Shown one piece after another: positions 9,181 through 18,244 of a stretch of DNA of 35,966 nucleotides. This DNA is from a virus. Its lineage: Duplodnaviria > Caudoviricetes. The number at the start of each line of letters is the position of its first letter. The stretch's first letter is position 1. Position numbers and translations under genes: made by a program. The DNA lies in IMG/VR virus record IMGVR_UViG_3300021957_000133, positions 1 to 35,966 of that record. One strand, 5' to 3'. The notes below the pieces were generated by a model, which did not search any database, was not told the DNA's origin, and worked only from the letters and a program-made list of their open reading frames with translations.

Positions 9181-9504
9181 ATGTGTAAATTTATAACTGC
9201 ATTTATTGCATTGTTTCTTATAAGCTGTGATGGAACGTATACATCCTATTCTTATGATCCTACCCCGGCAACTACTGTAAGGTATATACCTACTCAAACT
9301 TTATTCGCACGTGAACGGCTTAGATATACTACAAGTCAGTATTATGTTCCTTACTACGGAACATATCGGTATAGAACCTACTGCCCACCAACATATCGGT
9401 ATAGTTCCCGGCCAGATGTTCCATTATGGGCACGAACAACTCATAAACACACGTCAAAACCTGTTCGTGTGCGTACAAGCAAGTATGAGAGTAAATCTAA
9501 GTAA
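9181..9504 (+). CDS. Putative Tyr/Arg-rich lipoprotein
   Basis: MCKFITAFIALFLISC lipobox-like signal; TAAATA 5 nt upstream. Confidence 0.6.
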   Translation: MCKFITAFIALFLISCDGTYTSYSYDPTPATTVRYIPTQTLFARERLRYTTSQYYVPYYGTYRYRTYCPPTYRYSSRPDVPLWARTTHKHTSKPVRVRTSKYESKSK

Positions 9505-9588
9505 GCCATAAGGAACTATCGTATAATTAGGTATGGAGAATGATAAAAATAATCAATCGAAATACGAACTATAATACAATAATAATAA

Positions 9589-9834
9589 ATGAATAAAAAT
9601 ATTACTCTTAATAAGAAAGATGGTACTACAGAAGAGATGACTCATGAGGAATTTTCTCGATGGGCGTGTTTAATCGAAGGTATTCAAGCAGTTGATGAAA
9701 AATTAGTTGCTGCAAAAGTATCAGATACAGATACTAAATGGGTAAAGCCTCTAGCTTTCGAGAAGTATATTCAAGAACGATTTCATTCAATGCTTAGTGA
9801 TGTTCGTGTAGAGCATTCACTCGGTAATATCTAA
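9589..9834 (+). CDS. Hypothetical protein, 81 aa
   Basis: ORF with upstream GAACT-N4-TACAAT box. Confidence 0.7.
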   Translation: MNKNITLNKKDGTTEEMTHEEFSRWACLIEGIQAVDEKLVAAKVSDTDTKWVKPLAFEKYIQERFHSMLSDVRVEHSLGNI

Positions 9835-9842
9835 TTTTATAA

Positions 9843-9917
9843 TCCGGAGTAGCTCAGCGGTAGAGCGGGGGACTGTTAATCCTTAGGTCGTAGGTTCGAA
9901 CCCTACCTCCGGAGCCA
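9843..9917 (+). tRNA. tRNA-Asn (GTT), CCA encoded
   Basis: Acceptor TCCGGAG/CTCCGGA, D arm GCTC-AGCGGTA-GAGC, anticodon loop CT-GTT-AA (9873-9879), T arm GTAGG-TTCGAAC-CCTAC, discriminator G plus CCA. Confidence 0.96.
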
Positions 9918-9925
9918 ATTTATAG

Positions 9926-9958
9926 TTGCATCTATAAATATATATTATACAATAAATA
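9926..9958 (+). promoter_or_regulatory. Composite promoter: TTGCAT-N16-TACAAT plus TATAAATA (9933-9940) and TAAATA (9953-9958)
   Basis: All within the 45 nt between the tRNA and ATG 9963. Confidence 0.6.
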
Positions 9959-9962
9959 CGAT

Positions 9963-10682
9963 ATGCTAAAAACTATTATATTAACAACGTTGGCTGCAGT
10001 AGGCTTTGCTTCTGCAGATATTACCGTACCACCTATTGAGGTGTTTTCTACTTATAGAGACACAGATGTCTGGCGTGGTGCTAAATTTGGAGATAGTGAT
10101 AAAGTAACAGGTATTGCTACTGGTTATGATTTTGACTTCGCGCGTTTGGAAGCTTCTTTCTCCTATGCTGATAACTCTGAGCTTAATAACACTAATCTTT
10201 CAGTTGGATTTAGTCGTGATTTCTCTTTAGAAAGTGTTGGTGAGTTCTCCGCTGGAGTCGCTTATAAACGTTATACCGGAGGAACTGATCTTGCAGGTGA
10301 TGTCACTAGTGAGATTGGGGTTTCTCTTGCTAAGGAGCTTTTTGATACTAATATTACAGGTACACAATACCTTACTACAGAAGGTAATGGATTGGGCTAC
10401 TTTGAGCTCAATGCTACCCGATCTATTAACCCATTCCCATATGTGCTTGACAATCAAGTCTTTGTCGATGTGAGTGCTACAGTAGGTTATAGCTTTGATG
10501 AGTCAGAGTTTACCCACACTCAACTATCTCTTAGTAAAGGTTATGATCTAGACTACTTTGGTGGAGTTACACTCACCCCGTTTGTTACGTTTGTAAATGC
10601 TGCATCTGATACAGCTGGTACTATTTATGCTGGAGCAGATAATGAAACTCTTACAGGTGTCTCCTTTAGGAAGTTCTTTTAA
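9963..10682 (+). CDS. Outer-membrane beta-barrel / putative porin
   Basis: Sec signal peptide ending FASA, alternating amphipathic strands, N-terminal Y..TDVWRG (like the YxFRG motif of TorF-type putative porins), C-terminal Phe (SFRKFF). Confidence 0.8.
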   Translation: MLKTIILTTLAAVGFASADITVPPIEVFSTYRDTDVWRGAKFGDSDKVTGIATGYDFDFARLEASFSYADNSELNNTNLSVGFSRDFSLESVGEFSAGVAYKRYTGGTDLAGDVTSEIGVSLAKELFDTNITGTQYLTTEGNGLGYFELNATRSINPFPYVLDNQVFVDVSATVGYSFDESEFTHTQLSLSKGYDLDYFGGVTLTPFVTFVNAASDTAGTIYAGADNETLTGVSFRKFF

Positions 10683-10705
10683 ACAATCAATAAACTAAAT
10701 TAATC

Positions 10706-10736
10706 ACCCTCTCATATTAATATGAGAGGGTTTTTT
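10706..10736 (+). terminator. Rho-independent terminator between convergent genes
   Basis: Perfect 26-nt palindrome ACCCTCTCATATTAATATGAGAGGGT followed by a T run. Confidence 0.85.
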
Positions 10737-10739
10737 GTC

Positions 10740-13487
10740 TTATGAACTTGTTGGGGTATAACTACTTGGTGGTGTAACTGCCGGTGTACCGGTTACTGTT
10801 GGTGTTACAGTAGGTGTATTTTGCGGTGTAGCTGTATTAGTAGGTGTACCTGTATTAGTTGGTGTACCTGTCACACCAGCAGTACCTGTATTAGTAGGTG
10901 TCGGACAAATACCACTACTACAAGATGCAGTAGGTGTTTGTGTATTTGTAGCTGTATTAGTTGGTGTGCCAGTAGGAGTACCTGTTTTAGTGGCCGTATT
11001 AGGCGGCGTTGCAAACGGTGTATTGGTAATTGTTTGTGTAGTAATAGGTGTACCTGTCTGTGTTGGTGTTGATGTAGGAGTACCGGACTTTGTTTGTGTT
11101 GGTGTTTGTGTCCCTGTTTTTGATGGTGTTGGTGTAGGTGTCCCTGTTTTTGAAGGAGAATTTGGCGGTGTTGGGAAAGGCGTAATTGTTGTTGTTGGGG
11201 TGACTGTCTTTGTCGGTGTATTGGTATTTGTTTGTGTAGGAGTACCGGACTTCGTAGGGGTATTTGTAGGAGTACCAGACTTCGTAGGGGTATTTGTAGG
11301 AGTACCGGACTTTGTAGGAGTAGTTGTAGGTGTTGGGGTTTGTGATGGGCATATGACTGGACATTCTAATGTATAAGTCCACTGTGGTTTATCATGCACC
11401 GGTGATTGTATAGTTACAGTGGCTTCATCCTCTTCAAAATGAGCTACTCTTATCATAGATGAACCAGATGTAATGTTATTAACATTCGGAAATCCATCAG
11501 CTGCAAGTGAAAGACCTGGGAAATTATTAGCTTCAAACCCCTCTGCAAGTAAAGCGTCTATAAATACTTGTCTTTTACTACCCGCAAAATTATAAGATGA
11601 GTGACCAATAAAACCAGTATCAAGAACAACTTCACCCTCATAGCTAACTATAAAACGATCAGGACCATCAACAACATTATACCTAAGAGTAACACATCTC
11701 TCAAAAGTCAGCGTAGGTGAATTACTTATAGTCGGTGTATGGCTAGGAGTTCCAGTCTGAGTAGGTGTACTAGTTACCTTGGCCGTAGGTGTAACTGTTT
11801 GTGTAGCTGTATTGCTTGGTGTTACACCTATAGGTAATGAACTTGTTGGTGTAACTGTTGGTGTACCAGTAGGAGTACCGGTTTTTGTAGCTGTATTACT
11901 TTGGGTTACGGCTATAATTTTTGAAGTTGATGGAGTAATACTCGATGTAACTGACGGCGCAGGTGGTGTAAGTGTAGGTGTAAACGTAGGAGTACTAGTT
12001 GTACATGGAGTAGTAAATGGATTAGTTGGTACTGGCGTGCAATTACCAATCGTTGGTGTTTGACATCCTTGAGTAGCTGGTGGAGTAAAACTAACTGGAG
12101 GTGTAGGTGGTAAAGGTGCAGAGCAAGAAGGACTGTTACTAGTAGTTGGTGTAGCAGTCGCAGCTAGAGGTGCTGTACCGGTTTGAGTGAAGCTAACTGT
12201 AGGTGTAGGTGTAGGTGAAGCTGAAATATTATTAGTTCTAATTTTAAGAATTTTATCTGCTTCTTGTGGAAAGTAATAAATACAATTACCAATTGTCGCT
12301 GCAGATGAAAAGTAGTTACAGTCAGTACCAGTTTCACCTAATTCAGAGTTAATATCTCTATAACTAACTACATCAGTAGATGGATCAACCCAAATAAGAT
12401 AAGGTGCATTAACAGGTACAGAAAAAACACAACCACCAGGACCTAAGACTGAATTGAGTGACTTTGAAGCAAAATCACCTGCAGGCAATTCAGTTTCATA
12501 TTCATCAATAGCATCTATAAGAGCTGGAGGAAGTGGGATTTCTGTCGTAGTATCATCTGATGTATCAATCTTAAGAACAGCATTCGCGCGGTTTGGCATC
12601 GCATAAATAGCGTTATTTGCCGCTAACGAACCACCAGAGTACATATTAAAGAAAGGAAATGGATCTAGATCCTTTGTAGATGAATCAATTGGTGCCGCGG
12701 TAGGTGTTAAGCAACCAGTAATAATGCAATCACCAAATGTAACTTTAGTTGCGCAAGAATCTGGTACAGTTGTATCTATTATAAGAATAGATTCACTAGA
12801 CATTGGCGTTGCATAAATCTTATCATTACCACCATCAGTAGCACCGCAAAATCTCCTATAGACATCACTAACAACTCCTTCATCTGCTGCAGTATTTCGT
12901 ACACTATGTATTGGACCACATGTTGGTGTTTCTGGGAAAGGTAAATCAGCACCAAATGAATCTGTACAAGTACACATAGTACGAACTTTCGCAGGTCCTG
13001 TGAAAGGTACCATAAATAAACACTCGCTCGTACCAGTGCCTCCTATAACACCTCCAGCTGTTTGAAGACAACAACGAGAATTGCAATCTGAAAAGTAACT
13101 TTGACTAACTGTAGCTGGTGATACACAAGTATCTATAACTAATGGTCCTGTAATAGCCTTATTAGGGTTCGCATAAATCTTACCACTACTTGGCTCTAAA
13201 ACACCTCCACTATACTTACATGATTGTTCACAGAGTGAAGGATCTACTACACCAAGATCAGCAAACTGATTAACAGTAGTATCAGTTCCAGGATCAAATT
13301 TTGTTACATAACGAGCTTCATCCGGTATAAGATAGAAATTCCTATCAAGACCAAGAACAGCGCCTTGAAACTTTGGTCCAGTTGCACATCCAGTAGGTAA
13401 TGTATCAACAAGACTTGAACCAACAAATTCAAATGTAAGATTCGATTGATTGCATGTAAGGCTGGGGGTAGGTAATGGCGCGCTCAT
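10740..13487 (-). CDS. Large virion/fibre-type protein: beta-propeller-like repeats plus two Thr/Pro-rich mucin-like tracts flanking a small globular domain
   Basis: Repeated G.VL...G.IY..P..A..VL.ID units in the N-terminal about 420 aa; TPT repeats; last gene of the tail operon. Confidence 0.7.
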   Translation of the reverse strand: MSAPLPTPSLTCNQSNLTFEFVGSSLVDTLPTGCATGPKFQGAVLGLDRNFYLIPDEARYVTKFDPGTDTTVNQFADLGVVDPSLCEQSCKYSGGVLEPSSGKIYANPNKAITGPLVIDTCVSPATVSQSYFSDCNSRCCLQTAGGVIGGTGTSECLFMVPFTGPAKVRTMCTCTDSFGADLPFPETPTCGPIHSVRNTAADEGVVSDVYRRFCGATDGGNDKIYATPMSSESILIIDTTVPDSCATKVTFGDCIITGCLTPTAAPIDSSTKDLDPFPFFNMYSGGSLAANNAIYAMPNRANAVLKIDTSDDTTTEIPLPPALIDAIDEYETELPAGDFASKSLNSVLGPGGCVFSVPVNAPYLIWVDPSTDVVSYRDINSELGETGTDCNYFSSAATIGNCIYYFPQEADKILKIRTNNISASPTPTPTVSFTQTGTAPLAATATPTTSNSPSCSAPLPPTPPVSFTPPATQGCQTPTIGNCTPVPTNPFTTPCTTSTPTFTPTLTPPAPSVTSSITPSTSKIIAVTQSNTATKTGTPTGTPTVTPTSSLPIGVTPSNTATQTVTPTAKVTSTPTQTGTPSHTPTISNSPTLTFERCVTLRYNVVDGPDRFIVSYEGEVVLDTGFIGHSSYNFAGSKRQVFIDALLAEGFEANNFPGLSLAADGFPNVNNITSGSSMIRVAHFEEDEATVTIQSPVHDKPQWTYTLECPVICPSQTPTPTTTPTKSGTPTNTPTKSGTPTNTPTKSGTPTQTNTNTPTKTVTPTTTITPFPTPPNSPSKTGTPTPTPSKTGTQTPTQTKSGTPTSTPTQTGTPITTQTITNTPFATPPNTATKTGTPTGTPTNTATNTQTPTASCSSGICPTPTNTGTAGVTGTPTNTGTPTNTATPQNTPTVTPTVTGTPAVTPPSSYTPTSS
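11235..11330. repeat. 30-bp coding tandem repeat, about 3 copies ([10 protein letters not shown])
   Basis: TGTAGGAGTACCRGACTTYGTAGGRGTAKT at 11235, 11265, 11295. Confidence 0.9.
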
Positions 13488-13490
13488 AAC

Positions 13491-14906
13491 TTATGAATAT
13501 TCTGGAAATACTATTCTTCTAAGAGTTTCATGTTGCTGTGTTAAGCCACATAAGTAGCTATCTTCTGTACCACATGATAGTGTGTAATATGGACATCCTA
13601 CAAAAGCTTCCCAATCAGTAGAGGAAAGAGGTGAGTAAACGTTGAGAGTAACTCTTGAGGAATCAGTATCTTTGTAAAAAGTAGCACCCCCATTTGAAAT
13701 AGTATCAGTTACGTATGGATAACCATCAGGCGCTATAGCACTTAGTGCAAGTTCTGCTTCTTGACTAATAGAATAACTTGATAAAAGACCTGTAATAAAC
13801 GCAGATCGACCAGATCCTTCATAATTATATATACTATTACCTACATATTCAGTATCATACACAGTATTGTTCTCATAACTATATACAAACCTAGTAGGAA
13901 GTCTGAAAGATGGTGTATTCCAACGTATTTCAACATCGCCGATAAAGGCAGAGATACCATAAAGGGTTGTTGATGGAAAAACACCTCTACTAAAATTGGT
14001 TACATCTGTTCCTAAGGCACTCAAACCACAATAATTAGCTGGACATCCAATATCTGGTTCAATACCTAGAAAGGGAAGTGGTGGAAGCTCTTCAGCTTGA
14101 GGGGCACCTAACTCATTCGGTGCGTCAGGTGGCTTCAAGCTAGCTTTATTACCTGCAATAGGGGTTGTATATGTAGTAGAAAGAACTTCCCTAGTAGTTA
14201 TAGGTTTATTCTTACCCTCTACATGAAAATTAGATACTACAATAGTACCATTAGCGTTACTAGATGTTAACGGTTTACAGAATGTAACACCTGGTCTATA
14301 TCTTGTGAAAGCATTAATTTGTGGCCCGGCAATATCAGCTTTAAGTAAGTTAGTATAGAAGACATCGCCTTGAGCTTTATAATCAACTTGAAGCTTTCTA
14401 CCATAGTTACCGAGTCGCGCTCTAAGCGTTTTAACACCACTATCTGTAAGATTAAATGCACTTATAGTTTCGTTAATATTAAGGTACTTATATGGATTAG
14501 TTGCGTCTGTTGCTAGTTGACGAGATGAATCAACTCCACGAACTGATATACTATTTAATTTACGGGTAGAAGGATCGATACCATCTCTAGTAGAGTTATC
14601 TACATATACCTTCGGTAGAGCGAAGCTGCCTAAACTATCTAAACCTATACCTATAATCGCACCACTTAGTGCATCATTCGCATCAGCTGCGAAGCCTGTA
14701 ACAGCACCGGAATATCCTAAATCAGTACCATTACCTCCACCATTAAATGTTGTATATGCATTTTGCAAGAACATACAAAAGCCTATCTCGTCAGAAGCTC
14801 CCCAGTTACTTAATTCATAAGTAAATGACCAAGTAATATCAAACTCGGGTGATAGACCTTCTTCGAAAATTGCTACTGATGTAGCAGATAGTGGTAGATT
14901 AGACAT
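13491..14906 (-). CDS. Virion protein with N-terminal L-type (legume-like) lectin domain
   Basis: GFCMFL..GGGNGTDLGYSG..GAIIGIGLDSLGSF..NSISVRG pattern of bacterial L-type lectin domains; start ATG 14906 or GTG 14912. Confidence 0.65.
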   Translation of the reverse strand: MSNLPLSATSVAIFEEGLSPEFDITWSFTYELSNWGASDEIGFCMFLQNAYTTFNGGGNGTDLGYSGAVTGFAADANDALSGAIIGIGLDSLGSFALPKVYVDNSTRDGIDPSTRKLNSISVRGVDSSRQLATDATNPYKYLNINETISAFNLTDSGVKTLRARLGNYGRKLQVDYKAQGDVFYTNLLKADIAGPQINAFTRYRPGVTFCKPLTSSNANGTIVVSNFHVEGKNKPITTREVLSTTYTTPIAGNKASLKPPDAPNELGAPQAEELPPLPFLGIEPDIGCPANYCGLSALGTDVTNFSRGVFPSTTLYGISAFIGDVEIRWNTPSFRLPTRFVYSYENNTVYDTEYVGNSIYNYEGSGRSAFITGLLSSYSISQEAELALSAIAPDGYPYVTDTISNGGATFYKDTDSSRVTLNVYSPLSSTDWEAFVGCPYYTLSCGTEDSYLCGLTQQHETLRRIVFPEYS

Positions 14907-14959
14907 TAACACCTATATTTAATCTGGTGTATGTCAGATACAAGTATAATAAATAGAAT

Positions 14960-16537
14960 TTACATTCCCCATTCGAATTTAACTAGTCCGTTGACAGTAT
15001 CATATGGTGCACTACCAGCACCACCTGCACCAGCACCTGGTACCCCTTTACCTCCACCCCAGAACGAAGCAGCTCCCGGAGCTTCTTCATCTCCTGAACT
15101 AATATCAAGACCACCAACACCACCAGGTATAATGTGGCCACCTATGATTCGTGGATCAGCAGTATTTAACGTACCAGAGGAAGGGGAAGCTGATGGGTGT
15201 CCAACCGGTAATATAGGTGCATTACTAGTAATAAGATCTGTACCTCCAATTGCTATTTTACTTAAGTTACCTGCAGCACCTGAAGCAGTTATACCAGCAC
15301 CAACAGTTACAGTAACAGTAGTACCAGGCTGACAAGAAAGTATGCCATAAAGTGTTGCCGCGGCATTACCTGACCAAACAGGGCTTTTTGAACCAGAGCC
15401 TGTAACCCATACTTTTGTATGTTCAGCTACTGTTGTAAATGTACCGCTAGAAGACATTACTGTAACACCTGGAGGCACTGGACCAATCTTAATTGCACCT
15501 GCCAAGGTATTTATAGGAACACCATTGGCTACTGCTGCATTATTGTTAGAAGCAGTTAAACCGCCGTTAATTGTTAATGTAGAAGTAACTACTGCATCAG
15601 GTAGTGCTTTAATATAATAACTTACTGCTTTGGTTGTGTACGTACTACCAGTAGAGTTAAGGGTACCATTACTAAAGCTTGAAACATCCGCTTGTCCTAC
15701 ATGTACTACATCTTCATAGTTAGGTAAGTTAAAGTTATTACCTGAACCACCATATTGCGCACCGATAATACTTGAAAGAACACCGTAGGTTGTATTAGAT
15801 ACAGATGAACCATCGCAAAGTAACCATCCAGATGGAAATGCTTTACCACTTGCAGCTGCCATTATAGTACCAACTGGTATAAAGGCACTAGAGGAATTTA
15901 CATAAAACTGACCTGTATTAAGCGGTGCAGACCATGAAAGTTGTCCTGCAGAATCAGTGCGTAGAAATTGATTATTAGCAACTGCACCTACAGGGAAGTT
16001 ATAATTAACATCGTTAATATTGAGCTTTTCTGGTAACTTAAGATGAGTATCGTTTTTAACGTTAATTCTATCAGTTAAAATCTGCGTACCACTTAATGAA
16101 ATCCTTCCAGCTACTAATTCTAATGAATTACCAAGAGCATCGTTATCAAAGTTATTTGCTGATAGTGTACCTACTCGTATAGTACCATTTACATCATCAA
16201 TAACAATTGAACTATCGTATGCTGCTAATACTTGTGAAGCTTTTACCCATGCTCCTTCCCATAATGTGTATAGAGCTTTACTTGTTGTATTGAAAGCTAT
16301 ATCACCATCTTCTGCACCAGCACTCAAAGCTGAATGATCAGAAGCAGTACCTAAGAACTTATTACCGGTTACGATACCACCTGATGTTGAAGAATCACCA
16401 ACAAATAGACGTTTATTATCTGTAGTATAGCCTAACTCACCTTCATCAAGAGTTATGTTTTGCCGATCAAGATCACCACCACGTCTAACAAGAAGTTTTA
16501 ATAGAGTGTTTTCGAGAATTTCAATTTTATTAGACAT
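14960..16537 (-). CDS. Tail fibre protein with Mtd-N-like N-terminus, tail-collar domain and Gly-rich tip
   Basis: RRG...LDEGELGYTTDNKRLFVGD; IPVGTI...PSGWLLCDG...FNLPN collar motif; GAGAGGAG C-terminus. Confidence 0.85.
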   Translation of the reverse strand: MSNKIEILENTLLKLLVRRGGDLDRQNITLDEGELGYTTDNKRLFVGDSSTSGGIVTGNKFLGTASDHSALSAGAEDGDIAFNTTSKALYTLWEGAWVKASQVLAAYDSSIVIDDVNGTIRVGTLSANNFDNDALGNSLELVAGRISLSGTQILTDRINVKNDTHLKLPEKLNINDVNYNFPVGAVANNQFLRTDSAGQLSWSAPLNTGQFYVNSSSAFIPVGTIMAAASGKAFPSGWLLCDGSSVSNTTYGVLSSIIGAQYGGSGNNFNLPNYEDVVHVGQADVSSFSNGTLNSTGSTYTTKAVSYYIKALPDAVVTSTLTINGGLTASNNNAAVANGVPINTLAGAIKIGPVPPGVTVMSSSGTFTTVAEHTKVWVTGSGSKSPVWSGNAAATLYGILSCQPGTTVTVTVGAGITASGAAGNLSKIAIGGTDLITSNAPILPVGHPSASPSSGTLNTADPRIIGGHIIPGGVGGLDISSGDEEAPGAASFWGGGKGVPGAGAGGAGSAPYDTVNGLVKFEWGM

Positions 16538-16549
16538 ATTAGTATTTTA

Positions 16550-17572
16550 TTAATAGTTATATACAGGTATTGCAAGCTTACCACATGTACCAGAATCTAT
16601 TGTTATAAATCCGGCAGAACATAAACAAATCATGACTGCTGCGGTATTACTACCGGTATCAGCTGAGAAACTTCCGGATTGAGCACAGACCACGGTCCGT
16701 CCGGCTGTAGTCGTATCAATAAGATCTCCGAAAAAGCACCCTGACGTTATCCCTGATAGGTTAGATGTAATTGCATTAGTTGTACCTGTAACTCTACCAA
16801 ACTGATCAAAAGTTGTGGTATTAAGCGGTTTACTCTCACCAGCTCCAATAGTAGCCATACCTAAAGTATTAGCATTATTATCTACTACTAATCCATTTGT
16901 AACAGTGGAGGCAACAATTGCGCATGCGCAAACTGTATTACATGGTGCATTGCAGAATGATAATTTACCGAAAGGCAGTCCGAAAGAATTGGAAGTAAAA
17001 AGGCCGACTGGCTCTACTCCACCGCCGCTTAAGCCATTACCAATACAAGAAGCAGGTATAGGTGCACCTAACACACTAAGTTGTCCTGTAGTTGAATTTA
17101 CTCTGATAGATGTACCATCCACGGCAGCTGAAAGACCTTGAACCGGGTTAAGAACAATACCACCGTTAGTAGCTACAACACTTGAATTTAAAGATGAAGC
17201 TGAAATAGCACCGGTAACAACATGTAGTTTGTTATTTACATCATAGCTAATAGATGCTGTATCTGTTTGCGATCCTATGAAAGCCCAACTAGAAAGTAGA
17301 GCGGAATCAGTACCAGAAAGCTGATATAAAAGGTTATTTTCATATACTAAATCATTTTGAACAGCTTGAGCTAAAGAAGTTTTTGCACTTGATGTAAGTG
17401 GTGCATATACCAAATTACCAGCTACATGTCCTCCTGGTGTAAATCCATCACCAACCCAGACTCTCTTACGATCTGTAGTATAACCCATTTCACCCTGTTC
17501 AAGGGTAACAGTCTGACGCTGCACGTCAGTACCTCTTCTTAATTTTAGTTTTACGATTTCAACGTCTGGCAT
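16550..17572 (-). CDS. Tail fibre-like protein, paralogous N-terminus to 14960-16537
   Basis: LRRGT...LEQGEMGYTTDRKRVWVGDG; small-residue-rich repeats; Cys-rich C-terminal half. Confidence 0.8.
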   Translation of the reverse strand: MPDVEIVKLKLRRGTDVQRQTVTLEQGEMGYTTDRKRVWVGDGFTPGGHVAGNLVYAPLTSSAKTSLAQAVQNDLVYENNLLYQLSGTDSALLSSWAFIGSQTDTASISYDVNNKLHVVTGAISASSLNSSVVATNGGIVLNPVQGLSAAVDGTSIRVNSTTGQLSVLGAPIPASCIGNGLSGGGVEPVGLFTSNSFGLPFGKLSFCNAPCNTVCACAIVASTVTNGLVVDNNANTLGMATIGAGESKPLNTTTFDQFGRVTGTTNAITSNLSGITSGCFFGDLIDTTTAGRTVVCAQSGSFSADTGSNTAAVMICLCSAGFITIDSGTCGKLAIPVYNY

Positions 17573-17584
17573 TTTTTTAAATTG

Positions 17585-18211
17585 TTAAGATGTTCTTTGC
17601 CATACATACAATCCGAATGATGGTGGCATATTATTATGTGGAGTTCCGCTTCCAGTAGAAGCTGAAGTAAATGTATTGACTGTGGCTTGTCGACCAACAG
17701 CATCACGTTGCTGGTTATTAGAAACACCCTGTCCCATAGCATCACCATCAATACCAGCATTATTACTGAGTTGGTCTAGACCGTGACTATGGGAAGCTAG
17801 CTCAGCTGTAGTAAGTGGGTGATTATATTTACCAGTAGTGTCATTACCAGCTGGAATTGTTTTAGCTTCAGTACCGTCATTACCAGCCCCTTCTCCAGCT
17901 ATAAACCGACCTGTAGCAATTTGTATCCAAGTAGTACCTGTAAATCTCGATCCTGGATTAGTATTATCTTGCGAAAATGTAACAGACCCAACAGGGTATA
18001 TTGCTTCAGCTATAGCAGTTTTAAAAGCATCACCAAGTGGACCGTCTACATCAATACCTTTACCTGCTTGACCTACCTTAAGAGCACTTTTATTACCAAA
18101 CCCATCGTATACATCTTCTTGTCCAGTAGCTGGTAACGCTGCACCTTTCGCATGCAGTACACCAACGTAAGTATTGCTGATGTTAGTATTAGTTAAGGAA
18201 GTACTTGCCAT
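17585..18211 (-). CDS. Baseplate/short-fibre protein with T4 gp10 C-terminal-like domain (start ATG 18211)
   Basis: IYPVGS...NPG..F.GTTW...GRF, LTTAELASHSH, HNNMPP...YVWQRT; TAAATA 5 nt upstream. Confidence 0.75.
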   Translation of the reverse strand: MASTSLTNTNISNTYVGVLHAKGAALPATGQEDVYDGFGNKSALKVGQAGKGIDVDGPLGDAFKTAIAEAIYPVGSVTFSQDNTNPGSRFTGTTWIQIATGRFIAGEGAGNDGTEAKTIPAGNDTTGKYNHPLTTAELASHSHGLDQLSNNAGIDGDAMGQGVSNNQQRDAVGRQATVNTFTSASTGSGTPHNNMPPSFGLYVWQRTS

Positions 18212-18244
18212 ATGTATATTTATGTCAATGGCAGTATTAAGCAA

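Noticed and set aside
9843-9917. tRNA as prophage attachment site or as tRNA-Sec
   Set aside because: Phage genes on both sides, no integrase or duplicated 3' end; standard 75-nt tRNA with GTT anticodon and short variable loop
11235-11330. CRISPR-like array
   Set aside because: Contiguous in-frame 30-bp coding repeats with no unique spacers
10821-12063. Plus-strand Val/Gly- or Cys-rich ORFs and the alternative-frame minus ORF
   Set aside because: Shadows of the Thr/Pro repeats of the 915-aa gene
14960-17572. Diversity-generating retroelement suggested by Mtd-N-like domains
   Set aside because: No reverse transcriptase and no template/variable repeat pair seen; this N-terminal motif is common in ordinary fibres
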